Shown here piece after piece: positions 55,001 to 64,000 of a DNA stretch of 64,000 nt. Position numbers and translations under genes: made by a program. The stretch lies in the NCBI RefSeq assembly GCF_964355755.1, contig NC_092671.1, positions 23,820,070-23,884,069 on the forward strand, given 5' to 3'. Origin of the DNA: Antedon mediterranea (Eukaryota > Animalia > Echinodermata). The notes beneath the pieces are model-generated. The model did not search any database. It had not been told where the DNA came from and saw only the letters and a list, made by a program, of their open reading frames with translations. Within the stretch, counting starts at the first letter, position 1. Each line of letters opens with the position of its first letter.

Positions 55001-58000
55001 AATAATAAATTAATAAAATAATAAATCGTTAATTTTATTTAATTTTCAAAAACTGTACAAATTTAATTAACCCAAATTTTAAACACACACACAAAAAAAA
55101 TAATAGTTGTAAGTAAGAATATTATTCAATAATATATACGACCGATTCCTTTCATTTTCTGGGTCTATTCTACGTTTAATTGTTTGAATTTATTTATTGA
55201 AAGCAAACAATAAAGGTAATAGTGGATACAATATGAAATATTAAAAGTAATTGCAACTTCATGCCGTCATCACACAAGCAGATATTGTAATAATAGATTA
55301 AGCACCTTTTTTTAAATGAATTTTACGCATTATATCTAAAGTTTGTATTTTCAAAAAGATTTGAAGAGAGTTCACACATACCTCTACATTCAGTGCAATG
55401 GCCAGAATATCCTGGACCACATTGGCATTTGAATCCATATTTGGTGTTAACACAATCAGCATGATTCCCACAGTTGTCTGCTCCCATTTCACATTCATCA
55501 ATTGCTGAAATGATGCATGTTTGATATCTTGATAATTTCTTTTATATGGTAAGTTAAGTTACAGCTACTCATTGATATTTATTAAAGTTCAATTTTGCTA
55601 GAATGTTATGTGCCATAAAATGTATTTTCTAAAGTATTAAAAATAAAATATATTCAATGAAATGTATAGAAATCTATTCAAATAGTCCTAAAGTATGATA
55701 GAAACTTGTTGACATACTTTGACAATATCTTCCATCTCCACTGTAGCCAGAGAAGCATTCACATACATATGAACCATCAGTGTTGTAACAAAATGCATTG
55801 TGATCACAAGCATCTGTTCCCTCACTACATTCGTTAATATCTGTAGATTGTAATACTAATTATTAATCACAAATAATCAATAGAATTAAATTACATTAGT
55901 TATTGATATAATTGTAATAGTAAACCCATGCTAAAGAAAATTTATGGAGAGATTTGATTACTAAAATACCAGGAATATTAATATAGTTATCTACAAGTAC
56001 TTAGAAGGCAACCACAAATAAACAATCTTAAAATTTTATCCTTGAATTTATTTCATATCCAATAAATTAACTTTTACAAAAATTGTTGAAATTAGAGAAA
56101 TGAAGTGTAAGGAGTTTCAAGTTGAGAAAAGTAGTAGCAAATAGTAGCAAAACTCTTACCATCACAATTTCCAGCATTTCCATTTCCAGTATAACCATCT
56201 TGACATATGCATGTATAGTCACCGACAGAATCAACACATAGTGCATTTATATCACATCTGTTTTCTTGACGTAAACATTCATTTACATCTGAAAAAAATA
56301 ATGAAACTGTTATTGCAAGTTTCTATAAAGCATTTTAAATTAACACAAAATACAAAATCAGGAATTTATTAGATGCTGAAAAGATGATAATTACTATTCA
56401 AATTTAAAAAATGTATCTACTTAATTAATGTTTGTAATATTAATAAAAATACTGGATACATATTTTTGATAAAATTTGTACTTACTCTCACAAGTTCTTC
56501 CATCACCAGTGAAACCATTTTGACAACTACATTCATATGTTCCATCAAGGTTAGTACATATTGCATGCTCATCACATACATTGCTTTCATCACTACATTC
56601 ATCAATGTCTTTAAACATAATGAAAAACATTTTTTAAACATATAGAAACATTAATTTAAACAACATAATTAATGAACAATTGTTTAAAGCAAACATAAAC
56701 AAAGTGAATGTTGTATTGATTACAATATCCACTTTAAGATACTTTTAAACTATATTTAAACTTTATTAGCAATACGTCAATGTTACAGAATGGTTTTTTA
56801 AGATATACTTTAAAATCCTGAATGTGATGGGAAACTTACCATTACAGACATCAAGCTCTTCATCGCGCTGATATCCTTCAAGACATTCACATATGTAAGA
56901 GCCAGCAGTGTTGTTACAAACACGATCCCTGTCGCATTCTGCGATGCCAATTGAACATTCATCAATGTCTTAAAATAGAAACATTTATTTTTAAAACCTT
57001 GAAATATGGTAACATGAAAATCTATACTTATTTGTTTGCTTTTCATATTCAAATACTTGTAATTATTTGTTTAGTGTATTTACATGCTTATTATAACAAT
57101 AATATTTATTTGGCATGTTATCATCAAACACAATCTTGCCAGGAGCAAGCAATATGCATACACCTGAACAGATTTAACTTCTCTTACTCCAACGTTAACA
57201 CAACAACCAATTATAAACAAAGTTACCAAATTAGGTAAAATGACATAAAAACAATACACGAACTACATATACAAAAGAATATGAATGTAAACATTCAAAA
57301 ACATATGAAAATAAAAATTTAAAACATCAGGCCATCAGTACTTTGAGCTTTAAAGTTGCAATTTTTAATATCATTTTACCATAGTCTAGGGAAAATTACA
57401 CAAGAGGAGTTTAGAAAAGTGTTGGTTTTTGCCTTCCCAATGAATTAAATCATCCTTCACACCTTTCACTTAATTGCACATATTCATTAAAAGAGTACAG
57501 TAGACATGAATTATTTTAAAACCTAAAGTCAGTCTATTTACTTAAAAAATATCTTCTATACTTAAAATATTTAAGGTCTTTAATCTATATGAATATGAAG
57601 TATTCCAATTCCTTTATTTTCTATATAAAATAATCGAGTATCCTTTTTCTGAATTTTCTCAAGTCTAGCAATATTACACTTTTCATTTTGTGTCCACATA
57701 CAACAATATGTTATAATGCTCAGCCGCTTTACTAAAGGCTTATTTTATCTTCAATATCAGTTAAAATAGCAAGTCCTCTGTCTCTCTCTTTGCTAAATAT
57801 TTTGCTTAATTCATTATTTTCTTATTACTTTATTTAAATACTCACCAACATATGTGCGCATAGTCTCATTTCTTGTCCAACCACTTTCAGAGCATTCAAA
57901 TGTTCCATTTCTATTTGTGCATGGTAAGAAGTCACATCCCCAGTGTTCAGTATCGTCACACTCATCAATATCTATATATATATATATAAAGAAAATCAAC

Positions 58001-61000
58001 TAATTAAAAGGTACTTGATATATCCTGGAAATATGAAAGTAATTATAGTATGAAATAGAACAACGCTTGGATTAAACACATCCCTCTATAAAACGCCCAA
58101 GGAAATTTACTTATTTTCCCTCCACATTCATAATACACACAATACTGTATTACAAATTTCTATTGACTGCCATGATATACAATTTACAAAGCATTCTGAT
58201 ACAATTTGTATTGCATTTTATCACTTTAAATTTTTTCATATCGAGGAGGAGAATATATGTTACCATTTTAAGCTCTGTCTACAATATCAAACTTGATGTG
58301 ACAAAAAATGTGATGTGTCCTTAAATGAACTTGATCAGGCTAAACAGGCTTTAGCGCCCCCGCCTAAAATTTATCAGTCATGTCTTTTTTAAATAAAATA
58401 ATGACTATTTTTATTTTTCTGCAACCCGACGGATCGTTTATCATTTAGGCCCGGGCCTAGTTTAATTCGCTCATGAAGTGGAAAAAGAGTAGACGATTGT
58501 TTTCTCTTCAAAACGTTAGATTCGCGCGAACAAATTCGCCTAATGAAAATTGACTTTATGCGTATCGGGCGCGTGGGTTCCGTTTCGAACCCACTAAAGC
58601 CTGTTTTCCTGTCATCGTCGCTATCATCGTAATAATCGTAAGCGACGATCGTTTGAAAACGATCAAGTTTAAATGATAACGATAGCGAGTACCTTTTCCT
58701 GTAAATCGTTAACATTTCAATGTTTATGTAGAAGATTGCTGACTATTGTTAACGATAGGAAAACAGGCTTTAAGTAAAATAACGTTACGTTAAAGCGTGT
58801 CGTCACTTTGATCCAATTTAAATAATTACTATGCGACATTTAATTTGCAAATTCAACAAAAAATATTTAAAGACCCATTAATGCATATATAATTATATAC
58901 CACCTTAAAAACATTAGGCCTAAGCCATGTCATTCCTTGTCTTAAATGTATGTTTTATGGTAAATTATGATAAAAAGAGAGAAACTGCAATACCTAAATA
59001 GCTTGCAGTGAATGTCCTCTCATGGATGGTCTTTAGGCCTAGCCTTTTTCTAGGCCTAATTATTTGTTCGGGGGAAAATATCTTTATGATGTATTCATTG
59101 CCCATGGTGTTCAGGAGATAATTTCATAGCACAATATCTACAAATGTCATTGTACTCTTATCTATTCAGTGCGAGTTGGGTGATCCTTATAACAAATAAT
59201 ACATGCGCTCTAATCTATGCCTTACAGTAGGCCTATGTTTGTTTACATATTTTGTATAGCTGCATTCACTGAAGCTGTTGTTTTTGATAAAATAACAATC
59301 CCTTAACACCCAAAAAAATAAATGCATTCCTCAAATAAACAACTCCCTAAAAACTCTTCTGAAAAACGGCCTGGGCATTAAGTCGTATAAATACGGTAAG
59401 TATGTAACAAAGAATAAAATATTTACCAATGCATATCTTTTCATCTACAGTAACAAAGGTACCACCTTCGCTACCACCATAGCTACCTAAACCATTATCT
59501 TCAACTCCTTCAGAAATAACAGGATGTCTATATCCATCAAAACAATCACATGTATAGCTTCCTTCCAAATTCACACATACAGAACGGGTGTCACTGCAAG
59601 CATTTTCTCCAGCACATTCATCAATATCTATAATTTAAAAAACAATGATGTTTGGGTTTAACGCATATGAATGAAATTTCAGTGCTTTATATAATTGAAT
59701 AGGTTTCTAAGTCAAATTATTAATTTAAAAAAAGAAGTAATTTCATTTATTTATGAAAAAAGTTTGTATAAATATTTTTATTTCGAGAACAATACATTAT
59801 TCAATATATAATAACAAATGTGTTGGTTTACCTTGACAGCCTTCTGCTCCACTTTCTATATAACCTTCTAGGCATGGACACATGTAGTCACCCTCAATGT
59901 TAAAGCATTCAGTGTTATCACCACAGTCATATGTACCAAGTGTGCATTCATCATTATCTGTAGTAAAAATAAAAACAATATTGTTATTCTTCATAGATCT
60001 GCACATCCAACATTTATACATATATTGTATTCATATAGAGTAGGAAGTTATTAAAGGTATAAGATAATTAACCTTCACAAGTTTGTCCATCGCCTGAGTA
60101 ACCTAGGTAACAAGCACACGCGTAACTGCCAAGTGTGTTAGTGCAGTTGGCATTTCCATGACAGGCATCATCTAAAACAGCACATTCATCAATATCTGCA
60201 TAAAACAATACAATGTTATTGTGAACTACCTTTCGTATGATTATATTTTGGGAATTTAATTCCAGCACATTTCTAATAATGTTTTATATTTGAAACCATT
60301 CAATCATCATGTAAATCTTCAGTAGAAAGTTCTATACAATAAAGTTTCATTCATATGTCTGATCAATCACTAGTGAGATTGTGTTAAGATGAATAAAACA
60401 AACTGCATTAACGACCACTCTCTATGTGAATAGAAGTGTAACTAATATGACAAAATAAAGGCCCAACATCTTGATAGCTGATTTAAATTCTACTAACAAA
60501 ATTGCCTTACTTTACAAACCAATATTTTGTATTTCTTCTGATACAAATGCATGAAAGTTTACAGTTTTAGCTCTTGGTTCTGTCTTTATATATTTTTACA
60601 TTGCATATGAAAAGATTCAGAACAGGATTACACCAACTTTGCTCAACCCCACCCAACCAATGTAATGTTCATCCATGTGAGTTGTAGGCTTACTTGATAT
60701 ACAGTTTTAAAAATACACCAGTACAACAACACTACTAAAGCTGCAAATAGTATCAAATTATTTTCAATTTACCTATATTGGCTCCTATGTATTAATATTT
60801 ATGCAAATATTCATGCTATTCTTTAACCACAGAGGTTTGCTTGCATCTTGAGCTGTTCTTGACAGATTAGCTCAGTACCTTACAAAAACAGAAAATAAAT
60901 TATAGAAATAGATAATACACACCTCGACAGATTCGTCCATTGCCTTCGTAGCCATCCAGACATGTGCATGTATATGCACCAATAGAATTGGTACAGTTTG

Positions 61001-63354
61001 CATTCATATCACAGAGATTTTCTCCCTCACATTCATTGATATCTAGTTGAGAAGCAGAAAGAAATGATAAGTTACCTTATTATAGGTTGTGAGAAACAGT
61101 AACTTCTAATTTAAAATATAAACAAAAATTAATTCTCTTTTATTAACATATTTTTCTCTTTGTACTTGTAACATTATCGTATCGAGTTTGTAGGAATACA
61201 TTGTCTTGTATTAAACAAGTAGGGGTTGCTGTTTTATCATATCATTCTACCTATATATATATTATATTAGTAATTACCTTCACATGTGACACCATCTCCA
61301 TCATAGCCTTTATTACAAACACAAGTAAAACTTCCTTCAGTGTTGTTACATGATGCAGCTAAATTACAGTTACTTGTACCACGCTCACATTCATTGACAT
61401 CTATAAAAAATAATTTTAATACAATCAACAATTCATAATTTCTATTTGAATGTGAACAATAAAGTAGGTCATATAATAGAGTTTAACAAAATATATCGTC
61501 TTTTAAATCATCATATGATGTATGCCACAAAATGACAAAAGTTAATTTAAATATTTTAGATTAAAATCTTATATAAATCGTCATTCTGTTTTTAATTGCC
61601 AACAATTGCAACCAAAATGCAAAAGTCATCATTTTCTGAACCATCGTTTTTTGCCATTTTCAGTTTGATCGGAGAACTGGTAGGCCTCGCCCACATGTTG
61701 TAGGCCTAGGAATCTTATTTAATATTTAGTAAACTGTTTTTAAAAATAAGAAAAATATAAATCTCGAAATAAACAGAAAAGCCATAGAAAATATTTATGT
61801 GGTATATTTACTGTAGGCCAGTACTATTATTATTATTAGACTATCTTTGATTGGATGTCTTGTAACCTTTCTTGAGAGTTTTGAATGTAATTTTACTCTT
61901 TCTTGATACCACCATTAATTGTGCAAAAGTCAGTTGGTGTCTAGTGAAAAACACAGGTTGTTTTAGTAAAATTTACAGCCAAAATCAAACCAAATACACT
62001 ATTGAACTAGAAAGCCACTCCGAGAGGGCATACCTCCGCCTACTGTAAAATTCTCCTACATAAAATTTCTCCGGTAAAAAAAAAATATATATATATTTGT
62101 GTGTGTCTTAATGCTGTTTGTGATTTAGGCTAATTTCATTACAAGCATTTGTATGCGCGAGTTTGGTGTAATGGTTATGTAACAAGCCTTTCAATTCGAC
62201 TAACAATAGAACAGCAACGCGAAAATCAAACGAGTGAATTTGAAAAGAAATAGGTTTTTTAAACTACTCGCATCAAAAAACGTGCACATTAAATCAAATT
62301 ATGTTTTAAAATTACAAATCGCAAATTATAACTCTTGCCTCTTGTTAAAAAATGAAGTTTTTTGGACAAGTAGTTCTCGAGAAAATGCAATTTCAGTTTA
62401 CTTGTTACTTTAAGACTGCTCGCCGGCTTTTGAAAAATTCTGTCCTATCTTTTAACACAAGCAGGTCTGAAAAGTATACTAAAAAGTGGTCCAGAATTGG
62501 GACAATGGTCCCAAAATTTAATGGAATGGTCCTTGACCACATATCTATCTGTATATTCATTTTGGTAAAGATCTTGTAATTACTTTTTGAGTAATCCTGC
62601 TAACAAACAAACAAACAAACAAACAAACACACGCTACCGATTACATATACCTCCTTGGCGGAGGTAAAAAATGTGCTTACCCTCACAAACTTGACCATCA
62701 CCAGTGAAGCCATTAGTACATGTACAGACGAATCCACCTTCAAGGTTCTGACAGTCTGTGTTTACTTGGCAATTGGACAAACCATCTGCGCACTCATTTA
62801 TATCTAAAATACAGTTAATAAAAAGAAACTATAAATAATGGGCAAAATGAGACACAATCATAGTTCACCACCTTATAGAGCTGTTTGACTAAGCACACCT
62901 ATTTTATTTAAATAGAAAATTTACTCTACATTCAGAACCAAAAAATATTTGATTTTACTGTGAATCACAGAGTCAGATTATCAGAAAAGTATTCAGTAAA
63001 GTTGCTGACAATTTAAATTTCAAAATTTCAGTAGAATTCCACATTCTACTAACCAAGAAGCATTGATTGATGCCCTTGCAAGAAATGATATATTAAAATA
63101 GGAAGATACAATATTAAAGTAGAATATTCTAATAATCTCCTTTGCTTGCTTAAGGGTACTTGTCTGAAATTGTGGCTAATGTCATTTTGTCAAGGAAGTA
63201 AAACAAATAGGCTGATAATATATACCATCACAGGCACCGGTTTCATTATTTGCTGTGTAACCTTCAATGCAGTTACAATAAAAGCTTGTTGTAGTATCAA
63301 AGCACTGTTGATGTTCAGTACAATTGTGAGATCCTTCTACACATTCATCGATAG
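20386..63354 (-). CDS. Giant extracellular-type protein, 3' part: (EGF/cbEGF)x58 - FS - FS - TSP1 - FS - CTCK - acidic tail; 5' end lies beyond the window
   Basis: 65 exons with AG/GT borders (one GC donor), all phase 1-1 up to the cystine knot, open frame throughout, TAG at 20386-20388. Exons (high to low): 63226-63354, 62681-62803, 61278-61400, 60923-61042, 60073-60195, 59832-59957, 59427-59627, 57846-57971, 56840-56968, 56486-56608, 56160-56288, 55718-55840, 55382-55504, 54870-54992, 54395-54520, 54131-54256, 53648-53770, 52757-52876, 51623-51757, 51255-51380, 51026-51151, 50461-50583, 50153-50269, 49816-49938, 49310-49435, 48437-48559, 47980-48105, 47109-47360, 46858-46986, 46519-46641, 45758-45886, 44921-45052, 44600-44722, 44152-44277, 43090-43215, 42726-42749, 41524-41640, 40725-40847, 40330-40464, 38843-38977, 38612-38734, 37254-37370, 36962-37084, 36601-36729, 36276-36398, 35989-36111, 35723-35839, 35421-35546, 34640-34762, 33673-33801, 33311-33436, 32568-32690, 32322-32441, 31858-31995, 31400-31516, 30966-31091, 30743-30865, 27041-27157, 25001-25219, 24541-24645, 23787-23909, 23500-23664, 22708-22923, 21810-22021, 20386-20541. 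Confidence 0.9.
20721..21705. mobile_element. Old non-autonomous DNA element (GAG...CTC ends) in the last intron; related fragments near 37485-37770 and 63440-64000
   Basis: Degenerate TIR gagttgcgca/tgtgcggataactc; shared blocks (cgtgcaccgtgcgc; ttttgatgtcatcatcat) found in reverse orientation at 63640-63800. Confidence 0.45.
22145..22610 (+). mobile_element. Helentron/DINE-1-like non-autonomous element, copy 1 (partial)
   Basis: ttacctcagccaa head, (GTCT/GTTT)n microsatellite, gttagcaggattactcaaaaagta; colinear with 62005-62667 in reverse. Confidence 0.7.
22708..22923 (-). CDS. Follistatin module 3 exon
   Basis: [70 protein letters not shown]; canonical 10-Cys pattern. Confidence 0.9.
23004..23381. 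mobile_element. hAT-like MITE
   Basis: TIR caagggcggatccag / ttgaatccgcccctg; no TSD recognisable. Confidence 0.6.
23500..23664 (-). CDS. Thrombospondin type-1 (spondin-type) repeat exon
   Basis: [54 protein letters not shown], with WxxWxxC, CTVSCG and RxR. Confidence 0.9.
23787..24645 (-). CDS. Follistatin module 2, split over two exons (24541-24645, 23787-23909)
   Basis: [34 protein letters not shown] / [39 protein letters not shown]; canonical splice sites. Confidence 0.85.
25001..25219 (-). CDS. Follistatin (FOLN+Kazal) module 1 exon
   Basis: [72 protein letters not shown]; 219-nt phase 1-1 exon. Confidence 0.85.
25332..26123. mobile_element. Degenerate hAT-like non-autonomous element
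   Basis: Imperfect TIR agggggttgcccaggaatccaggg / cccgggaactagggcaacaccctg. Confidence 0.45.
27041..63354 (-). CDS. Tandem EGF array (58 modules in 57 exons, mostly calcium-binding type) of the giant gene
   Basis: Exons of mostly 117-138 nt beginning D-[IV]-[DN]-E-C with C..C.N..G.[FY].C.C..G[FY].G.G..C, e.g. [41 protein letters not shown]. Confidence 0.93.
27496..30385 (+). repeat. Intronic 50-bp minisatellite (cccctatctatcacaatgtaaagtttaccagggttccagttgagtgatct), about 30 units, split by a transposon
   Basis: Exact 50-nt periodicity at 29581-30120; 50-53 nt variants at 27496-28205. Confidence 0.97.
28219..29555. mobile_element. hAT-like non-autonomous DNA transposon inserted in the minisatellite
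   Basis: Perfect 15-bp TIR CAGTGGCGTATCCAG / CTGGATACGCCACTG, flanked on both sides by ctcccccc-type runs (probable 8-bp TSD blurred by C-run slippage). No transposase ORF. Confidence 0.85.
30478..30645 (-). mobile_element. RTE-type LINE 3' fragment with (GAT)n tail
   Basis: Minus strand encodes [15 protein letters not shown], resembling the RTE C-terminal GRPxxxW motif, and ends in gatgatgatgatgat. Confidence 0.5.
32786..33020. mobile_element. Harbinger-like MITE with internal 63-bp tandem duplication
   Basis: TIR ggccaatttacacagacaagcggtaatggtaa / ttaccgttaccgcttatctgtgtaaattgtcc, preceded by TAA. Confidence 0.75.
33842..34077 (+). mobile_element. tRNA-derived SINE with poly(A) tail
   Basis: A box (tagcttggtgg), B box (ggttcaatcc), body, and an A-run of about 30 nt. 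Confidence 0.8.
34174..34607. mobile_element. MITE (Harbinger-like TIR)
   Basis: 18-bp TIR taccccttttacaccgcc / ggcggtgtaaaaggggta; internal repeated acccgg/acacggg motifs. Confidence 0.8.
34848..35329 (-). repeat. About 365-bp repeat unit (1.3 tandem copies) carrying a tRNA-like gene
   Basis: atatataaacacattaggcaaagaac..gaaatctgtgagaatgagaaaaagt is repeated at about 34850 and 35215; a homologous unit lies at 45978-46325 in the opposite orientation. Confidence 0.85.
34968..35039 (-). tRNA. tRNA-like cloverleaf, anticodon ATC, second copy
   Basis: Same 72-nt fold with identical acceptor and T stems, loop ATATCAA, T-loop TTCAAGT, then TTTTT. Confidence 0.5.
37770..38548. mobile_element. Second, partial copy of the 15.4-16.4 kb foldback element family
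   Basis: Near-identical arm (ggtaaccctgtaatttcaccctaatttgcatatttaagctaatttgcatatcatc) continuing to a terminus gctagattgcctagccta that also matches 9525-9605. Confidence 0.75.
39017..40234 (-). mobile_element. Non-autonomous Helitron
   Basis: On the minus strand: A|TCTATATATA 5' end, 3' hairpin GATGGTACGCGAGCGAAGCGAGCGTACCATC, CTAG|T end. Inserted between A and T with no TSD. Confidence 0.88.
41200..41453 (+). mobile_element. 3' UTR remnant of a CR1/Crack-group LINE
   Basis: Stem-loop gggtccct..acaagtttt..cttctagaagggatcc and aataaatgtta+(tctgaa)n tail, resembling the 3' end at 15185-15385. Confidence 0.5.
43325..43910. mobile_element. Kolobok-like non-autonomous element
   Basis: TTAA|AG ... 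CT|TTAA boundaries with degenerate TIR agctcagatac / gcacctggcct. Confidence 0.4.
45978..46325 (+). repeat. Second locus of the tRNA-carrying repeat unit
   Basis: Colinear reverse complement of 34850-35185, ending in (TA)n. Confidence 0.85.
46124..46195 (+). tRNA. tRNA-like cloverleaf, anticodon ATC (Asp-like), repeat-borne; probably pseudo-tRNA
   Basis: 72 nt: GCCCCAG TG GTCT AATGGTTA GGGC A ACTGC ATATCAA GCAGA TGGT CCGAG TTCGAAT CTCGG TTGGGGC G, followed by acTTTTT (Pol III terminator). Confidence 0.55.
47399..47917 (-). mobile_element. Helentron/DINE-1-like element with internal tRNA-like segment
   Basis: Minus-strand head ttacctccgccaaggaggttatgttttc, GT-rich microsatellite, CTAGT end; A/B box-like tggtgtaatgg..ggttcaagtcc at 47515-47570. 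Confidence 0.7.
51865..52519. mobile_element. MITE with 13-bp TIR and AAT target duplication
   Basis: aat|AGCCCTTTTCTCA ... TGAGAAAAGGGCT|aat. Confidence 0.75.
53068..53580. mobile_element. MITE with about 40-bp TIR
   Basis: ccatggattaaggaatagaaagatattcatc / gatgaatatccttctattccttaaaccatgg. Confidence 0.75.
58598..58769. mobile_element. Small Harbinger-like MITE nested in CpG-rich TE-like sequence
   Basis: TIR agcctgttttcct / aggaaaacaggct, flanked by taa/tta. Confidence 0.65.
62005..62667 (-). mobile_element. Helentron/DINE-1-like element (complete-looking)
   Basis: Subterminal inverted repeat tacctccgcc (about 62030) / ggcggaggta (62657-62666), (AAAC)n microsatellite, terminal hairpin and CTAGT. 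Confidence 0.75.
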
Positions 63355-64000
63355 CTAATAAAATTAAATAAAACTATAGTTTAATTTAGATCATTTTACC
63401 AACATATTTGTTAAAATACATTACAATATGAGCACAAAACGTTGACACATGCCATCCTATGACCTTATGCATATACGCTATAGCCTATTATATGTCATAG
63501 AGAATTGTACAGTATATACTATGTGGTGAAATTGCATGACCCACATATGTTCTAATTTTTTGGTATTATGAAAATTTTGGAAAGTGATGATTTGAGCAAA
63601 AAGATGCAAGATTTGGAAAAAAAATATTGTACACGTAGGAGCGCGGTGCACGTTCTTGTATAACTTTTTAAATTCAACTGGCCAAATGATAACGTCACAA
63701 CATCTGATTCATATCTGTAAGATATTCAGTATATTGAATTATATATATATACGTGACCCATATGTTATTCACATTTTTAGGTATGATGATGTCATCAAAA
63801 TGAACATGGTGGGAATTTATGAGAAAGATAATTGGTTGAGCAAGCACATATTAAAATTTGAGAGAAAATCGAGTACAGATAAGCAAGATGCACTCTTTTG
63901 AATTTGCTAATTTATGATGAAAAAGAAAAAATCTTAATTTTAAAATTTAGGTGGCCATATGACGACGTTATAATATTTTCCACATCACATGAATTCATAT

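Noticed and set aside
60849-60874. Intronic hairpin tgagct...agctca next to an octamer motif
   Set aside because: The stem is too short for a pre-miRNA and there are no convincing snoRNA boxes.
27041-61042. NGR motifs (potential isoDGR integrin sites) in several EGFs
   Set aside because: G-N-G-x is the ordinary EGF consensus here, so NGR is expected by chance. I saw no RGD.
27041-63354. Fibrillin / LTBP / Notch assignment for the EGF gene
   Set aside because: No TB or hybrid domains among 58 EGFs, no LNR, transmembrane or ankyrin region, and the C-terminus is FS/TSP1/CTCK.

Overview
AT-rich (about 30% GC) animal genomic DNA, probably a marine invertebrate deuterostome such as an echinoderm (inferred from gene and repeat style, not demonstrated). 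The left third holds a HEXIM gene with an uninterrupted coding region (minus strand) and a cluster of decayed non-LTR retrotransposons, including a three-level nest (foldback DNA element > near full-length LINE > 5'-truncated LINE). From beyond the right edge down to about 19.9 kb runs the 3' part of a very large minus-strand gene. I count 65 coding exons (about 2,840 aa in the window): 58 tandem EGF/cbEGF modules, then follistatin-follistatin-TSP1-follistatin, a Slit-type C-terminal cystine knot and an acidic tail. It has no TB domains and no transmembrane segment. Its introns carry MITEs, a Helitron, Helentron/DINE-like elements, SINEs, a 50-bp minisatellite split by a hAT-like element, and a repeat carrying a tRNA-like cloverleaf with an ATC anticodon. 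The most unusual non-genic signal is the palindrome TAGGCCTA, seen 15 times. In one LINE copy it reads as a +6 nt insertion at TA sites, which suggests a recurrent transposon-excision or repair scar. Coordinates were read by eye and may be off by a few bases.
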